DNA of 64,000 bases from Phoronis australis (taxonomy: Eukaryota; Animalia; Phoronida): the NCBI GenBank assembly GCA_002633005.1, contig NMRA01000507.1, positions 252,285 through 316,284 of the forward strand, given 5' to 3'. How positions within the stretch are numbered: the first letter of the stretch is position 1; every line of letters starts with the position of its first letter. Below are positions 51,995-64,000 of the stretch, in pieces. Position numbers and translations under genes: made by a program. Below the pieces are notes generated by a model that searched no databases, was not told the DNA's origin, and was given only the letters and a program-made list of their open reading frames with translations.

Positions 51995-52250
51995 TTTCTT
52001 CAAATGGAATGACCCGCATCCAGCCCAGACTTGAACCCTATCGAACACCTGTGGGACCAAATTTTTTCGAATGTTTATTATGAAAAATGTTTACCAAATC
52101 GGACGCGCGAGTAACCAACACAACCACTGGGGCTGATTACTGACGCAAGAGTGGAACCCCATCAAACAGCACCGCGTCGCCAGTCTAGTAAACAGCATGT
52201 GAAGGTATGTCGCTGTAGTGACTGCGAATGGTTCTTCAACCTGATACTGA
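51995..52250 (+). mobile_element. Tc1/mariner transposase C-terminal remnant
   Basis: ME*PASSPDLNPIEHLWDQI...QEWNPI...LVNSM*R...VVTANGSST*Y* matches Tc1 WPxxSPDLNPIExLW and SMxxRxxAVIxAxGxxTxY. Confidence 0.85.
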
Positions 52251-52677
52251 GAAGAATATCAGTGTTGTCTACCAGTCAGTCTATTACTACTGTCTATAAC
52301 TCAGTTGCTCAATAAATAAAGTGTTTTTAGGTGTTGCCAAATTGTCATAAGTTTTTGTTATCATGGAACCAGTCCTGTAATTGCTATTGAAAAAGCTGAA
52401 TGTTCAAACTTGAATTGACAACATTCACTTTGCTACCAAGGTCTCTTTGGCAGCAAAGTTACTAAACACAATGAACATTTTTTGACAGAATGTGGTATCG
52501 TTGAAAAGGAGTATGACTGGGCTCTTCATTAGTATGCAATATGATTTAGTTAAACCAACAACAATGAAAACACGGACGAGTGAATAAAAATTTAAAAAAA
52601 TATGTTGGGGTGTTTATATGAACTTTTATCTCATCCTCATGCGTTGTAAACTATCTCTTCGCAGTTAGCGCATAACG

Positions 52678-52802
52678 TTAACCAACTGGTGAGCCGCCAT
52701 TTGATAGACTGCAACAATTGAATGTAACATCGTTAAGACCCGTATCGTCTCCGTCTCCTTGGTGTTCCTCAATGCGCGTTTGGATACTGCATATGGCCGC
52801 AT
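52678..52802 (-). CDS. VMO1: VMO1-like protein, terminal coding exon
   Basis: GTTTTAG| then [41 protein letters not shown], the canonical VMO-I end AICGxQTRVE..QG.GDDTxLN.V.F.CC. Confidence 0.92.
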
Positions 52803-53846
52803 CTAAAACACATATTAACAGAATTAATTATTTGTGAATAAGATTTTCTTTTGTCCGTGGAGATTGGTTGGACAGAAACTCGTTTCAAAGTAGTCGCGAA
52901 CTGATTTTTGAAGTGACATTTAAATCCGTAATTTCAAAAAAACACAAGTTTTGATTTAGGTCGCTTATCGCTGTAAAATGGGCCTTACTCTGTTTAGAAG
53001 TCATCACTGGGCTTGGAAGAACTGAAGAATCGTTATTTTAGACCAAATTAAGCTCATAAAATCTCAAGGCACACCGCCGTCTTATTTTTTTAGACTGCCT
53101 GTTCTCCCGACCATCGCCTATATCGATCGCCACGGTTTCATCCTGGCGCTTGCAAATTATTGAGGGAACACGTGCCTAACCTTTAAGGGATGACCTTAAG
53201 CTTTTATAATTGCTCAAAAACATGAGAAAGGCAATTGATTCTATCTTTGGTTCGGACTCAGCCCTCCGTGAGCGGCCCTAATGAAAGAAGAAGGTATGTA
53301 AAAAAGAGAGAGGGGAAACGTGTGACCATTCATCCCATCACTTCCAAGATTGGGGACCTAAATTATGGAAGAAAATTTAATTTCAGAAACAGGAAATGAG
53401 CAGCAATTAATGTTATCATAAGAGCCTCTCTCCGCAGAGTTCCCAGTTTACGACACGTGATCCGCGCTTTCAAAAAGGAAGCAAGAGCACGACAGCTGGT
53501 TCCATTTTTCCAGAGAGTAGTCCCTGGAGAAATGCGGTTTTGCATTTCCTAAAAATTGTCTTCAGGAATTTTAAAATCTGTACCATCTATATAATACGTG
53601 AAAAAAACGTCCTGGCGAGGGGTCTTACAGTGACAATCCAGGATTGGTCGATAACAAAAATTTAATTTTCTCTCTCATATTTCGCCGTAGCTTTCTTTTC
53701 TCGACTGCAGAATCTTTGACTGCAGTTCAATCATTTCCCGCCATCTGTAAATTTCAACTGGATAGAGCAAAGAAGGGGGAGGATCTGAACACCATATAGA
53801 AAATATGCATTCAGTGAAACTCGCATACACTGCGTAGCACACGTGC

Positions 53847-53991
53847 CTTTGAAACAATGTGAAGGTTGTCCAGTGAAATGTCCTTCGACGCTACCATTCT
53901 CAGTATTTTTATAGTAACCGTCGTCGTTCGAATCCATTTTTCTGCACCAAAACTTAATGTCAGTTGCTGCCGCATCATCCCATTTACGTCC
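53847..53991 (-). CDS. VMO1: VMO1-like protein, coding exon 3
   Basis: TTCTTCAAG| then GRKWDDAAATDIKFWCRKMDSNDDGYYKNTENGSVEGHFTGQPSHCFK (VMO-I DDTAANNIxFxC). The best phase-1 donor is AAG|GCACGT, a GC type. Confidence 0.8.
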
Positions 53992-56624
53992 CTTGAAGAA
54001 AACAAACAGTCGTTAAACTTTAGTGAGCTAAAGCATCACAATGAGTTGAAATGCTCCCACGACTGCACTGCACATAGTATGCTTTTGGAAGCGTTAATAA
54101 ATTTCATAAAAATGACAATTAGGAGTCGCAAAATATCCGAAGTAAATTTTTCATCTGTTGTAACAATCACTTAGGAATGCACTTGCCACATTTCACAAAT
54201 ATCTTGCAAAGGTTCGAGAGATACGACTGAAGATCCAAAAAAGCAAGGAATGCACACAATAGTCCAACTGGTCAATAGTTAAACGTCAACAATTTTCTTA
54301 TAGATGTTTTCATGTACGTTAGGCAGACAGAGAAAAAGATTTTAAAATGACCAAAACGACTGATAGATGGCGTATATTTGTATGATTCATCCGAAAATAG
54401 ATGCGTGTTCTGTACTCAATAGAGAACTAAATGCCAAACTTCATAAAATTGTCTCAAGGAATTTGGAAGATACAGATGCAAAAAATGCCACAAGAGGGCG
54501 CAGCGGCGGTCAGATCCTCTAGGAAGTCATCATCACTCGTTGTTTCATTCATAACAAAACACTTACATGTGAAGAAGGAGATTCAGCTGCCGACGCACAG
54601 AAAATGCCGCAGTAGTCAGACAAGTCCGAAAATGTGCCTCAGTCGTATTGTTCTCATAAGGGACACGTTTGCCAATATGCATAATTATGATCCTTGCGTC
54701 AGTTTGGCAGGTAGAAAGGCAGAACCATCAAATAATATTGAAAATGGTCACTTGGTGGTGAAGAATACGACTACACTGTGAGTGTATTTTCATCTATTTA
54801 GCAGAAACCCATTTGTAAAAGGGAGTATATTATGCACTCAACTATGAAAACGCAGTTGTTGTATTGCTCAGTGGGAGTCTTTCCATGCGTTCATGAGTAG
54901 ATCGCATTTACTAGTTGCAGAAACGGCCATCCATACACTTATTACTGATTAAACTTGAAGTTCCGAAGGCTTGCTCTGATGACTTAGAGCTGCATTTCGC
55001 CATCTTTAGTTGGCTATAAACGATCACTGAATTAGCCCTATTTCTCTCTTGAAATCGATCTCGAACCGCACAATGATGGCATTCTGTTTCCGTTACCAAC
55101 AAGAACATCAGCAACTCAAGAAAACGCTTCAGAGTTTATTGGGATTGGCCAACAATAAAATTTGAAAATGGCGCATCTACGCTTTGTCTGTGACTGAATT
55201 TGGTAATGGAAATGGAATGTTATAATGGTAAAGATTATTATGAGACCGACTCAATGAGAGTGTCGCCTAACTTGATTTTCCTAATTCTCCGAAATGTAGC
55301 TTTAGCAATAAATGCACTAAAATTGTGTACTCTGCCAAGAGTGGAATGTGATCTGCTGCTAGTGATGGTATCGTATGGTGTTCGATTTTCACACCAAAAT
55401 CTAACCGTAGATTTAAAAGGATACCAAACCCGGTTTTGGCCTAATAACAGATACTAAATACATCTTTCCCATTCAGTTCTCTAAAACAAAATAATGCTCT
55501 GTAACCCTTGACAACTCTCAAAAGTTTGGAGGAAAATTTGATAACTCCTTTCAAAATCTGGTAAACGGGCAAGCGTGACCTTCACATTTAGCGAATTACA
55601 CGGCAGCTGTGGGAAAGACCACCCACCAAGGACCATAATGTCCGTGAGATAGGAAGTGTGAGCGTTTAGTTGACTCCTTCCTTGAACTTAAAAGATTGAC
55701 GCCAATTATGCATCAGAAGGTGACAGGACGAGTACTGGTGGAAATCATTAAAAGAGGAATTAGTACCCTTTTACGATTTGAAGACCCTTATCAAAGCTTT
55801 CTGAGTGGTCCATAAAAATGCTTGAACCAAATTTCTTTCAAGTCTCGGGTGAAATAATCCTTCAATATTACTTCACATTTTTTCAAATTAAATTGATTTT
55901 CTTTTGTGCACATTTCTTTTCTGCATACGTGTCATTGTACTTTGAACATGCTTGCAAAATTAATTTCAGTAACGTCCTATAAAAATCTTAAATGTTGTAA
56001 CCTTTTCTAAATCACCTACGTTTCACTGCCTTATGTACCATGGCAATTACCTTACCGAGGTCTTTCAGATAGTTACCTAACCATGACTGCGTCCCATACA
56101 CCCAAAACGATAGCGAAGCACCGGATGCGAGAAGTCTCCCGTTATAGAATAGAAAAGTGAATTTTATCCCACAACACTTAACCTCACCGACCAATCATCT
56201 CAATGGCCACGCATTTCCCCCGGGATATGCTATAGTATTGTCTCGAGCAAACATATTGACGCGAGCTGTCAGCTCTGCGATCGTTCACTCGAGACAGACA
56301 CATGAGCTCCTTGCCCTCGGTGTGCGGAGGCTCTTAACCACGTCGATCATTTCCGTGTTCTTCATCTTCTGGTGGTAATCAACTCTGATAACGGAATGTT
56401 TCACACACGTAGCGCGCACACTCATCCGACGTTTTCTTACTCATATTGCTCGGTTCAGTTTTGTGTCTGCCAGTAACGCATAATTACATTTGGTCCAATT
56501 TCAGCTAGTCAGCGGGGGTTTTAACCCTTTAAAATTTATCGAGATTGTTACATTTGTTATGTACTATTGTTAGACTGTAACCAACATACCTAAAATTCAG
56601 TATAGAATACATTACATTACATAC

Positions 56625-56839
56625 CTGGAATAATTCAACTCGTAAGTCGAAACCAGTCAAAAATTCATTCTTTTCGCAAAATTGCCACATAGACCAAGTC
56701 CCAAGATGGCCCACCGAAGATAATACGCGGTAGTCATAATCAGTCCTCTCTTTATCGGGGCGTGCACACATTAGTTGGATGCCATTTAATCCCGTGTCGT
56801 CTCCACTACCTTGGTCAGGCTCCACCTTCGTACGAAAAC
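56625..56839 (-). CDS. VMO1: VMO1-like protein, coding exon 2
   Basis: TTTCGTAG| ... CAG|GTATGT. Reads GFRTKVEPDQGSGDDTGLNGIQLMCARPD...SSVGHLGTWSMWQFCEKNEFLTGFDLRVELFQ, with the diagnostic KVExxQGxGDDTxLNGIxLxC. Confidence 0.92.
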
Positions 56840-57499
56840 CTACGAAATATTCATGTGCAAATTATTTTTATGTACTCAATAGGTGGAATTAATCTTGAAA
56901 GTCGACATGTTGAATCATTAGCAAACAAAATTGAATAGACTCGTAAGGATTACGTCTGCTTGATAAACACGCATTCTAGTGGATGGGTAACCCCTTCTCA
57001 TTGCAGTAATGTAAAACAAAGGGGACAGCATTCCCATAAAAAGATTTTAGTGTGCTCTGATCTTAGAAGGAAATCGTATGAAGTAAATATTTGGAAAAAA
57101 ACCTGATAAAATACAGTTTATAAATTATATTTCATTTTCCTCCTATTGCTCGTATGTATACGACATTGTTTGTTACGCTACACCGGAAAAGTAATATTCG
57201 TACCCATCATCTGCATCAAGTGGTCACGTTCATTGGAATAATGAGATACATAACTCAATGGTATAAAGACTCGTTTGCAATCAGGCGCAACATTATTTGG
57301 CACTTATATTCCTGGCAAAAGATGGCCCATTACGATTTTGAGCAGTCGCCTGACGGGTTGATTTTTGGCTATTGTTACGGTAATAATTGACAATAAATTA
57401 AATACAAATAATTATCCCAGAAAGCGAACATTATATCCAGTCTTCTAATTATAAAACAGCGAATTACTTAAGTGAAAATAATATTGAGCAAAAACACCA

Positions 57500-58840
57500 A
57501 AAGTAAAGAAAATAAAAAGCAAGAACAAAATCATACGGTTATAAAGGGGAACTTATTTTAATATAATAATGTACAAAAACTTACACAAAACAGAACAAAA
57601 ACCAGATCGTAGCTATTAGTACAGTTCCTTATTATGACATATAAAAATAAAATCACTAACATTTCTAAGTAATGGAGCATTACAGTAGTGATTCAAATCG
57701 TGACAACCATATAACAGAAAGCTCGTTTTTATTCCTATTAGTAAAAGTTTGATTTGAAGGCTGCGAAACAGCTGTTCACGCTCATGCGTTATGAATGGGG
57801 CATGAGATCAAGTAATGAGCATCACTATTAATTGCATCACAGGTACATTTATCAGAAAAAAAAGTTATGTTAGAACTGTCAACTGAGGTGCAACCTCGCT
57901 CGCAATTGGTTAGCGAGAATTTCCTTTTCACGTAGTAAACATAATTTGGTAGTAGGACGAAGTGTGAGATTATTACCTTTAAGAAATGATTTAACACATT
58001 TTTTTCAATTCAAATTGATTGGGCTACATACATTAAGCTCTAGTGGTAAACTATTCCATAAAAGCAAAACCGGCAATAATCGGTGTTTTACTAAAATATG
58101 GCAGATATTGACGGGAATTGTGTATACAGTAGCAGTTCAGAGATGAATATTGACAGAATATGTATCACGTTTATACCGATTGGTAATAGTTAAATTTGAT
58201 ATATTAATTTCGCGGATAACTTTATATGAATACGTTGTCAAGTGCTGTTTCCGTAGCAGGGGGAGATAAGTCCAGTCGAGAGAACCAAAGACTTAAATTG
58301 TACGAGACCCATCGACTGCCCCTGCCACAGGAAGAACAGCTTAGCCTTGGTATTGAAGTCTATCAAGCTTACAAAATATGGTCAAATCGGTGATTACAAA
58401 TAATATCTGCATAGCTATAATGAGGAAGATTGAAAGAGTTATAAATCAAATCTGAGGGGCAACTGGAAATAAATTTCGAAAAATTTCTGAATGGGTTGAG
58501 ATGTAAATAGAAGTCTTTCGTTTGTTNNNNNNNNNNNNNNNNNNNNNNNNNNNNNNNNNNNNNNNNNNNNNNNNNNNNNNNNNNNNNNNNNNNNNNNNNN
58601 NNNNNNNNNNNNNNNNNNNNNNNNNNNNNNNNNNCACACTGTTCAAGTTAGTGAATAAGATACTGAACTCGCCATTGGGTGCCAAGGGACCAGGATTAGA
58701 TTTGACATCAGCACAGCACAGAATATCGAATATTCGCAATGTGAAGTAGAGATGACAGTAGAAATTCATTGGGCACAATACATGAACCCCGTAGGTTGCT
58801 ATGAAAGTAGTCATCCAATAAGACCTCTTTCGCAACTAGG
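57500..58840 (-). mobile_element. CR1/L2-group LINE spanning an assembly gap
   Basis: 5' side ILCCADVKSNPGP..FSILFTNLNSV (2A-like motif plus start of the AP endonuclease). After the N run come ORF2 C-terminal remnants including WNSLP near 58050 and an AT-rich 3' tail. Confidence 0.65.
58527..58634. other. Assembly gap (run of N)
   Basis: Directly visible. Single Ns also occur at 21963 and 62661. Confidence 0.99.
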
Positions 58841-59099
58841 TTCACCTATGCAGATACTTCAGAACGACTCCAGATTGCGAGTATAATACCAAGGCGTGGG
58901 CCGAAACTGTTAAGCACCCAGTGTGTTCCATTTGTCTGCTGCGTTTTTCCTATGTCCTAACAGGTGTCGGTTAGTGCCTGGGACAAACTTGCTTTCAACA
59001 TGTCAAGAGAACTTAAAGTTCTTGTCGAATTTTAAAGCTGCCAGCAGGTTGCATGAACCTCCTGCGTGGTCATATTGCTGTTTGGAGGGTTGCTAACCG

Positions 59100-59720
59100 A
59101 ACGTCACCGAAGATGTATATACTCTTCAACATATTTAAAATTTTTCAACACACATTTTCTGCAATCCGTTTGGTCTAAATATAAATTCTATTGATGAAAT
59201 CGAAATCTTTCGTAAAATCAACAAATGGGCAATAAAGATTTCTTTTCGAAAGGCACACCACAGATGTATTGATAGCAAATACGTTATTGGCTGTGCTGTA
59301 GCTTTTTGAAACCAGTTTGTCCTTTTGGCTAGTTGTTCATCTCATTTGCACGTCTTAAAAGTCCGGCGAATTATTGCGCACTCTAGCCACGGCTCGGGGG
59401 AAACAGCTCTTTTCAAAAATTTATTTAGTACGTTACAAAACAGATTATCTCCCTTTCGGTATTTTACCATATCCAGTTTTTGAGCTTATCCATTATTTGG
59501 AGAGATAGTTACGTTACATTTCCAAGTCAATTGGTATTACATTAATATCGTGAGTACATCTAGTCACACTCCAAAAACTTCTAGAATCTGCAAAAGACTT
59601 TTCCAGTTTGTCACATTTGTCTTCATTAAATGTTTGTTTAACGTATTCTAATACAAGCTGTCGTAGTCAACATAGTTTTTTTAAAGTATGGTTCCATTTT
59701 AGCTTAAGACTGCCAAACGT
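59100..59720 (-). mobile_element. Decayed LINE reverse-transcriptase fragment
   Basis: NLYCPFVDFTKDFDFINR..KILNMLKSIY at about 59240-59115 matches the LINE RT motif LYxxFVDFxKAFDxVxR. Confidence 0.65.
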
Positions 59721-61098
59721 CATGCGAAAGACAAACTCTTGTAGGTTAGGAGCGTGATGTCTCATCAAGCAACACAAACCGTTGGTGAGGGCTAATGGGT
59801 TACTACGGAATGGGCGTTGTTGTCAGTGGTATGTTCATGTCTAAAGTGACATAACGGACCAATAGACAACTTCTGAACTGAGACAGTTTGGGTCAGCATT
59901 GCCGGCCCAAATTGATACATGCGAAAACTTTTGTTGGGCAAATTGTGTCAGTTTGGGCTAGCACAATGCGTACTGGTATTCGGGTACGGATTTCTGCCTG
60001 GCGTTCACCATCTTTCCTGCAGAACTAGTGCTGTGAAAGATGTTTTTTTGTACTTGAGCATGCTTAGTAAGGCCATTTCCGGACATATTACGCCTTTCAG
60101 TAAGCAAGGTTGAGTTTTGTAGTTCGCAAGACAAGAGCTTGTACTTACGTCGAAAATATTCAATTGTGGAAAGGAAACACTACAATCCCCTAATTCATCA
60201 CTCCAAACTCGCCGGCCAATCACCGGTAGATATTTTGATAGCATTGAGCTAATAAGATCCGAGTATACTCGCGAAACACTCGCGCTTTTTCACTCCTGTG
60301 ATCTTGCGAGGTCTTGCGAATGCTTGTTTTTCTGGCGAGGAACTAGGTCTATGGAAGGTTCTCCGGGTCTGGAATTCCTTAGACCTGAGACACTTGCAAA
60401 GTACTTGTGGCGAAAAACCTTTGCTTATGGACTAGAAGCAGTGAATTTTATGCCATAATTCAACGTCCTAACCTCACTGACCAGTCTCTTCAGTGACCGC
60501 CATTTTCCTAAGCTACGCTAGCTAGTAAGGTCACAAACGAACACTGGCTTATTTGCTTGATCTTGCGTGACTGTGCTCTTCTGGCAAGCTTCTTGTGTTT
60601 ATGGAACTCTCAACCCCTGATAAAAACAATTGGATGTTCTGCCGGAAGGTATTAGTACAGGAGAAACAGCCGGCAGAAAAGCCTTTTGTGGACGTTCACG
60701 ACAGCACCGCTTTATGAGCGGCTTAACTGTTAAGTGTTTCCGCTGGCATGCCTAATAATTTTGAAGCTTTCACTGAAACCTGTGCTTTCTGTAAAAAAAT
60801 CAAGTTTTGAATTCGACCGATCACCGTTGTGAAACTGTTCTCCGCGACTTGGAATTCAACGACTTTTATTTAAGGAAACAACGTACTACCAGTTCTTCTT
60901 GAGAGTACAGATTACATCTAAACTGAATAAAGAACAAGACAATAACTCGATTTTTGGCACGGATTTGATGCCGCTTTAAAAGTTACCCGTAACTTGAGAG
61001 TGTGGCACGGCTAGCTATATCTGTTTACGTCAAAGCCTATTTGTACCTTTTACCTGCTTGGAAATTGATATATGTCTCTATTAATTTTGGAGCCGTAC

Positions 61099-61252
61099 CG
61101 TAAGCGAATTGACCATCTGGACAGTAATCAATGTGACCCCAATCACCAAAATATCCGCCTTGATTCGGTACCGAGAGAACGGAAACGGACACCCTAGAAG
61201 TTACGCTCCCAATGGCTCCAAGCCAACACAGGCCGACGACAAACCAAACCAT
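61099..61252 (-). CDS. VMO1: VMO1-like protein, coding exon 1 (signal peptide and start of repeat 1)
   Basis: Reads MVWFVVGLCWLGAIGSVTSRVSVSVLSVPNQGGYFGDWGHIDYCPDGQFAY, matching VMO-I NGGxWGxW...CPxG. Phase-1 donor G|GTACGG. An acceptor TTTTCAG lies just upstream of the ATG. Confidence 0.88.
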
Positions 61253-61716
61253 TGTCTTCTGAAAATAAAGTAAAAGAGCTGATTTACTCATGTATCCTAC
61301 GTGAAGTGGGAGTCGCGCAAGGCCGATACATTATCGAAAGTAAAGGCATTTAAAGCTACATTCTTCCCCTAGTTAGTTGTCAGTGTTGCATTTTTAAACG
61401 AAACGCTTTAGGGTTCAAAGGCATTAGATCTACTACCCGATCTTGAATTATGGTAACTCAAGTTACATGTGCAGGTGATGCGTCCATACGCCACTTCCGA
61501 ACCTGCCAACCCCAAGATATTGTTTAGGGGTATCTTGTTCCACTGAGGGTTTTCGAAAATAGGATTATGTCACTGTAAGGAATATGAAAAGACTAAATTT
61601 CATAATAGTAAATGACCTATTTCGATTTTTGTTCTATTCCAGCTAAACAGAGCGAAATGCAGCTTAAACCTCTTGTACGAATGCAGTCAGTGGAAGTGAT
61701 TGATTGAAATTCTTAC

Positions 61717-61777
61717 CAGTAACGAGATGAGTTTTATTCAGTAAATGCGCAGTAGCTGTGCGCAGCTCCTCTTTATA
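61717..61777 (-). promoter_or_regulatory. Putative VMO1 TATA box and short non-coding first exon
   Basis: TATAAAG on the - strand at 61777-61771. A donor CTG|GTAAGA follows about 55 nt downstream (61716) and can pair with the acceptor just 5' of the VMO1 ATG. Confidence 0.5.
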
Positions 61778-62374
61778 GACGACGAACATAATCTTTTATC
61801 AAACGAGCTACGTGAACTTTTACATGCCCAACTGGAATGGTGGGAAACGACATTCGAATCCTACGTACCTTTTCCTCAACACAGCTGCTTTTTTGCTAGA
61901 AAGACAAGGTCCCTTCTTTAAGGCGGTAGACATTTTTATCTCATTGCTGTCAGGAAGTGGCAAGCAGTTAATTTTATTTATTTATTGTTTTGGCTCGATC
62001 AGTAGGGCTGCTTTCAGATAACCTGGTGCCGGCTCAGTAATCCTAGTCCGAAATGAAATTCCTGCAGGTAATCGTCTGAATGATCTATTGTACGAGGAGA
62101 CGATGGTTTGAAGGTGACATACTCCGAAAAGTGACAACGTTTCTATTCACTTATCTATTTACCAATTTTACACCTTCGTGAATTTCTTGACTGGCGGCGA
62201 GTTACAGCTTGCTATTTCCGACATCAGAACGTGTCGTTGATAACAAATAGATATTTATAAACAATCAGACTAAAATGTTTCACGCCCATTTTATCAACAG
62301 TCTCTGGATTGAGACGCAAATCCATTTTGTTTTCTGTGCCGTAAAATCAAAAAAAAAATGTTATGCATTTATTT

Positions 62375-63288
62375 ATCTTATATGTTTGATCACCTTGGCA
62401 TTCTTTTCCAGATTTGGACAATCGGTCTTTCGGATCAATGTCTTTTCAGTTCAATGACGCTTCGGACTATCGACCAAGAACGATTTCAAAATTCAATCTA
62501 GTAAGACATTTTGAGCTAAGGCACAATGGGCCCTTAGGACTAATTGATAAAATAACAATGAAAATAATCTGAACACCATAAACTGCCTGGTTCTTTTAGT
62601 CCAAAGGCTAAATAGTCCAAATGGCCCTTCGGACTATAGACTGAATATTTGGATATTAAGNATATATAGGTTGACCCGCCGGCATGGGTCTTTCTATGTA
62701 AATATAACTGGACCCATCAGAACGGGTCCAGTTATTTATACATATATAGGTTGACCCGCCGGCATGGGTCTATCTATATAAATATAACTGGACCCATCAC
62801 AACGGGTCCAGTTATATTTATATAGATAGACCCATCCAGTCTTTGGTGTACCCAGTTACAGAGAGAGACTTCGCTCATCAACCTTTACAGACAGGTGTAC
62901 CCACCTGTAATCATATTTTATGTGGAAACACATATATTTATGTGGGTGTCCCCATTTTTGTCCATGAAAACCAAAATTTTACTACATAAGACAAGTTCAA
63001 ATTAAATAAGAAGCTGTTTTATATGTTTGATCACCTTGGCATTCTTTTCCAGATTTGGACAATTGGTCTTTCGGATCAATGTCCTTTCAGTTCAATGACG
63101 CTTCGGACTATCGACCAAGAACGATTTCAAAATTCATTTTGAGCTAAGGCACTATGGGCCCTTAGGATTAATTGATAAAATAACAATGAAAATAATCTGA
63201 ACACCTTAAACTGCCTGCTTCTTTTAGTCCAAAGGCTAAATAGTCCAAATGGCCCTTCGGACTATAGACTGAATATTTGGATATTAAG
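62375..63288. repeat. Direct duplication of about 280 bp (62375-62660 and 63015-63288) enclosing an 80-bp tandem hairpin repeat
   Basis: Near-identical copies on either side of a single N at 62661. 62662-62835 holds two 80-bp units with GACCC..GGGTC stems. Confidence 0.85.
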
Positions 63289-64000
63289 CCTTACATTGAT
63301 ATTTCAACACTACCATTTGTAAAATATTTAGTGTTTTAGTCTCAATCTTGACAATACGCAGACGAATATTGCATCGCTTTGTAATTGCAGAAGTGAAGAT
63401 AAACTAAGGCTGGAACCAATCATTTACAAGATTTGGTTCACGTGATTAATTAAAGGCGAAGGAAACTGCTATCGTTGACTAATTTTATCAACCTAAGTCA
63501 AAATCCACCGAATCATCGATTTAGTAATACGTTACAAATAGGCTGATTTAGGAGGCCCTATCGGATGCGATCAAAAAGATTTTTAGGGGAGAACTATAGT
63601 TGGCCCCCTTGAGACATAAATAGATCTACTAGTGATTAATTCAGGTTGACAAGAACTTGCTGTTTGGGGGAAGAATGATGTCGATTTTACAAAAATTAAA
63701 CCTACATCAAAATTCTCTGAAACATAAATGTCTTAAAAAATTGTTTGTACCAGCAAAAATTATTTATGAACTTGAGTTTAGCGGGGAATTTCGGTATATT
63801 TTCCGTATGTCAGGATAACACACATATTGCACGGTCGGCCGTATCAGCTCGTGCTGTGTGTGTATGATATACAAGTAATCGAGCATTTCTCGTAGCATGA
63901 ATTTATTTACACGTAATTCGTTTTTAAATTGTTTTCACATACTCCGACAGAGGTCCAGAAGTATTCAACTGAGCCGGGGGAGGTGGGGAGAGCAATGGGA

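Larger units (their letters stand above)
43094..53030. repeat. Segmental duplication copy B (expanded by insertions at about 47.1-52.6 kb)
   Basis: Same colinear blocks as copy A, with introns and 3' flanks alignable throughout. Confidence 0.85.

Noticed and set aside
62375-63288. Duplication of about 280 bp as a biological LTR or TSD
   Set aside because: It straddles a single-N join at 62661, so an assembly overlap is the simpler explanation.

Overview
Eukaryotic, intron-containing, repeat-rich animal DNA, probably from a marine invertebrate (inference only). There are no prokaryotic features, and most ORF-track entries are spurious or single exons. Manual splicing gives two real genes facing each other. 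(1) A + strand gene of about 33 kb and 11 exons (<1-32838) encodes a secreted mosaic protein of about 600 aa: signal peptide, PAN/apple domain, small Cys-rich module, then three tandem CTHRC1-type C-terminal domains with no collagen helix. Each domain is encoded by the same three-exon cassette. A duplicated, still intact copy of the last two exons lies at 43573-44578. (2) A - strand VMO1 (vitelline membrane outer layer 1, beta-prism) gene has 4 coding exons (61252-52678), a probable GC-AG intron and a dead duplicate of its last exon at 38239-38363. The 3' ends of both genes lie in a tandem segmental duplication (about 31.3-38.5 kb versus 43.1-53.0 kb) whose junction is a truncated Gmr1-type Gypsy element. 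Introns and intergenic DNA hold decayed Tx1/L1, RTE and CR1/L2 LINEs, a second Gypsy, Kolobok-like THAP elements, a Tc1 remnant, MITEs, a palindrome-ended repeat with a tRNA-like head and an intronless ubiquitin-specific-protease fragment. All calls are by eye; no database search was run.
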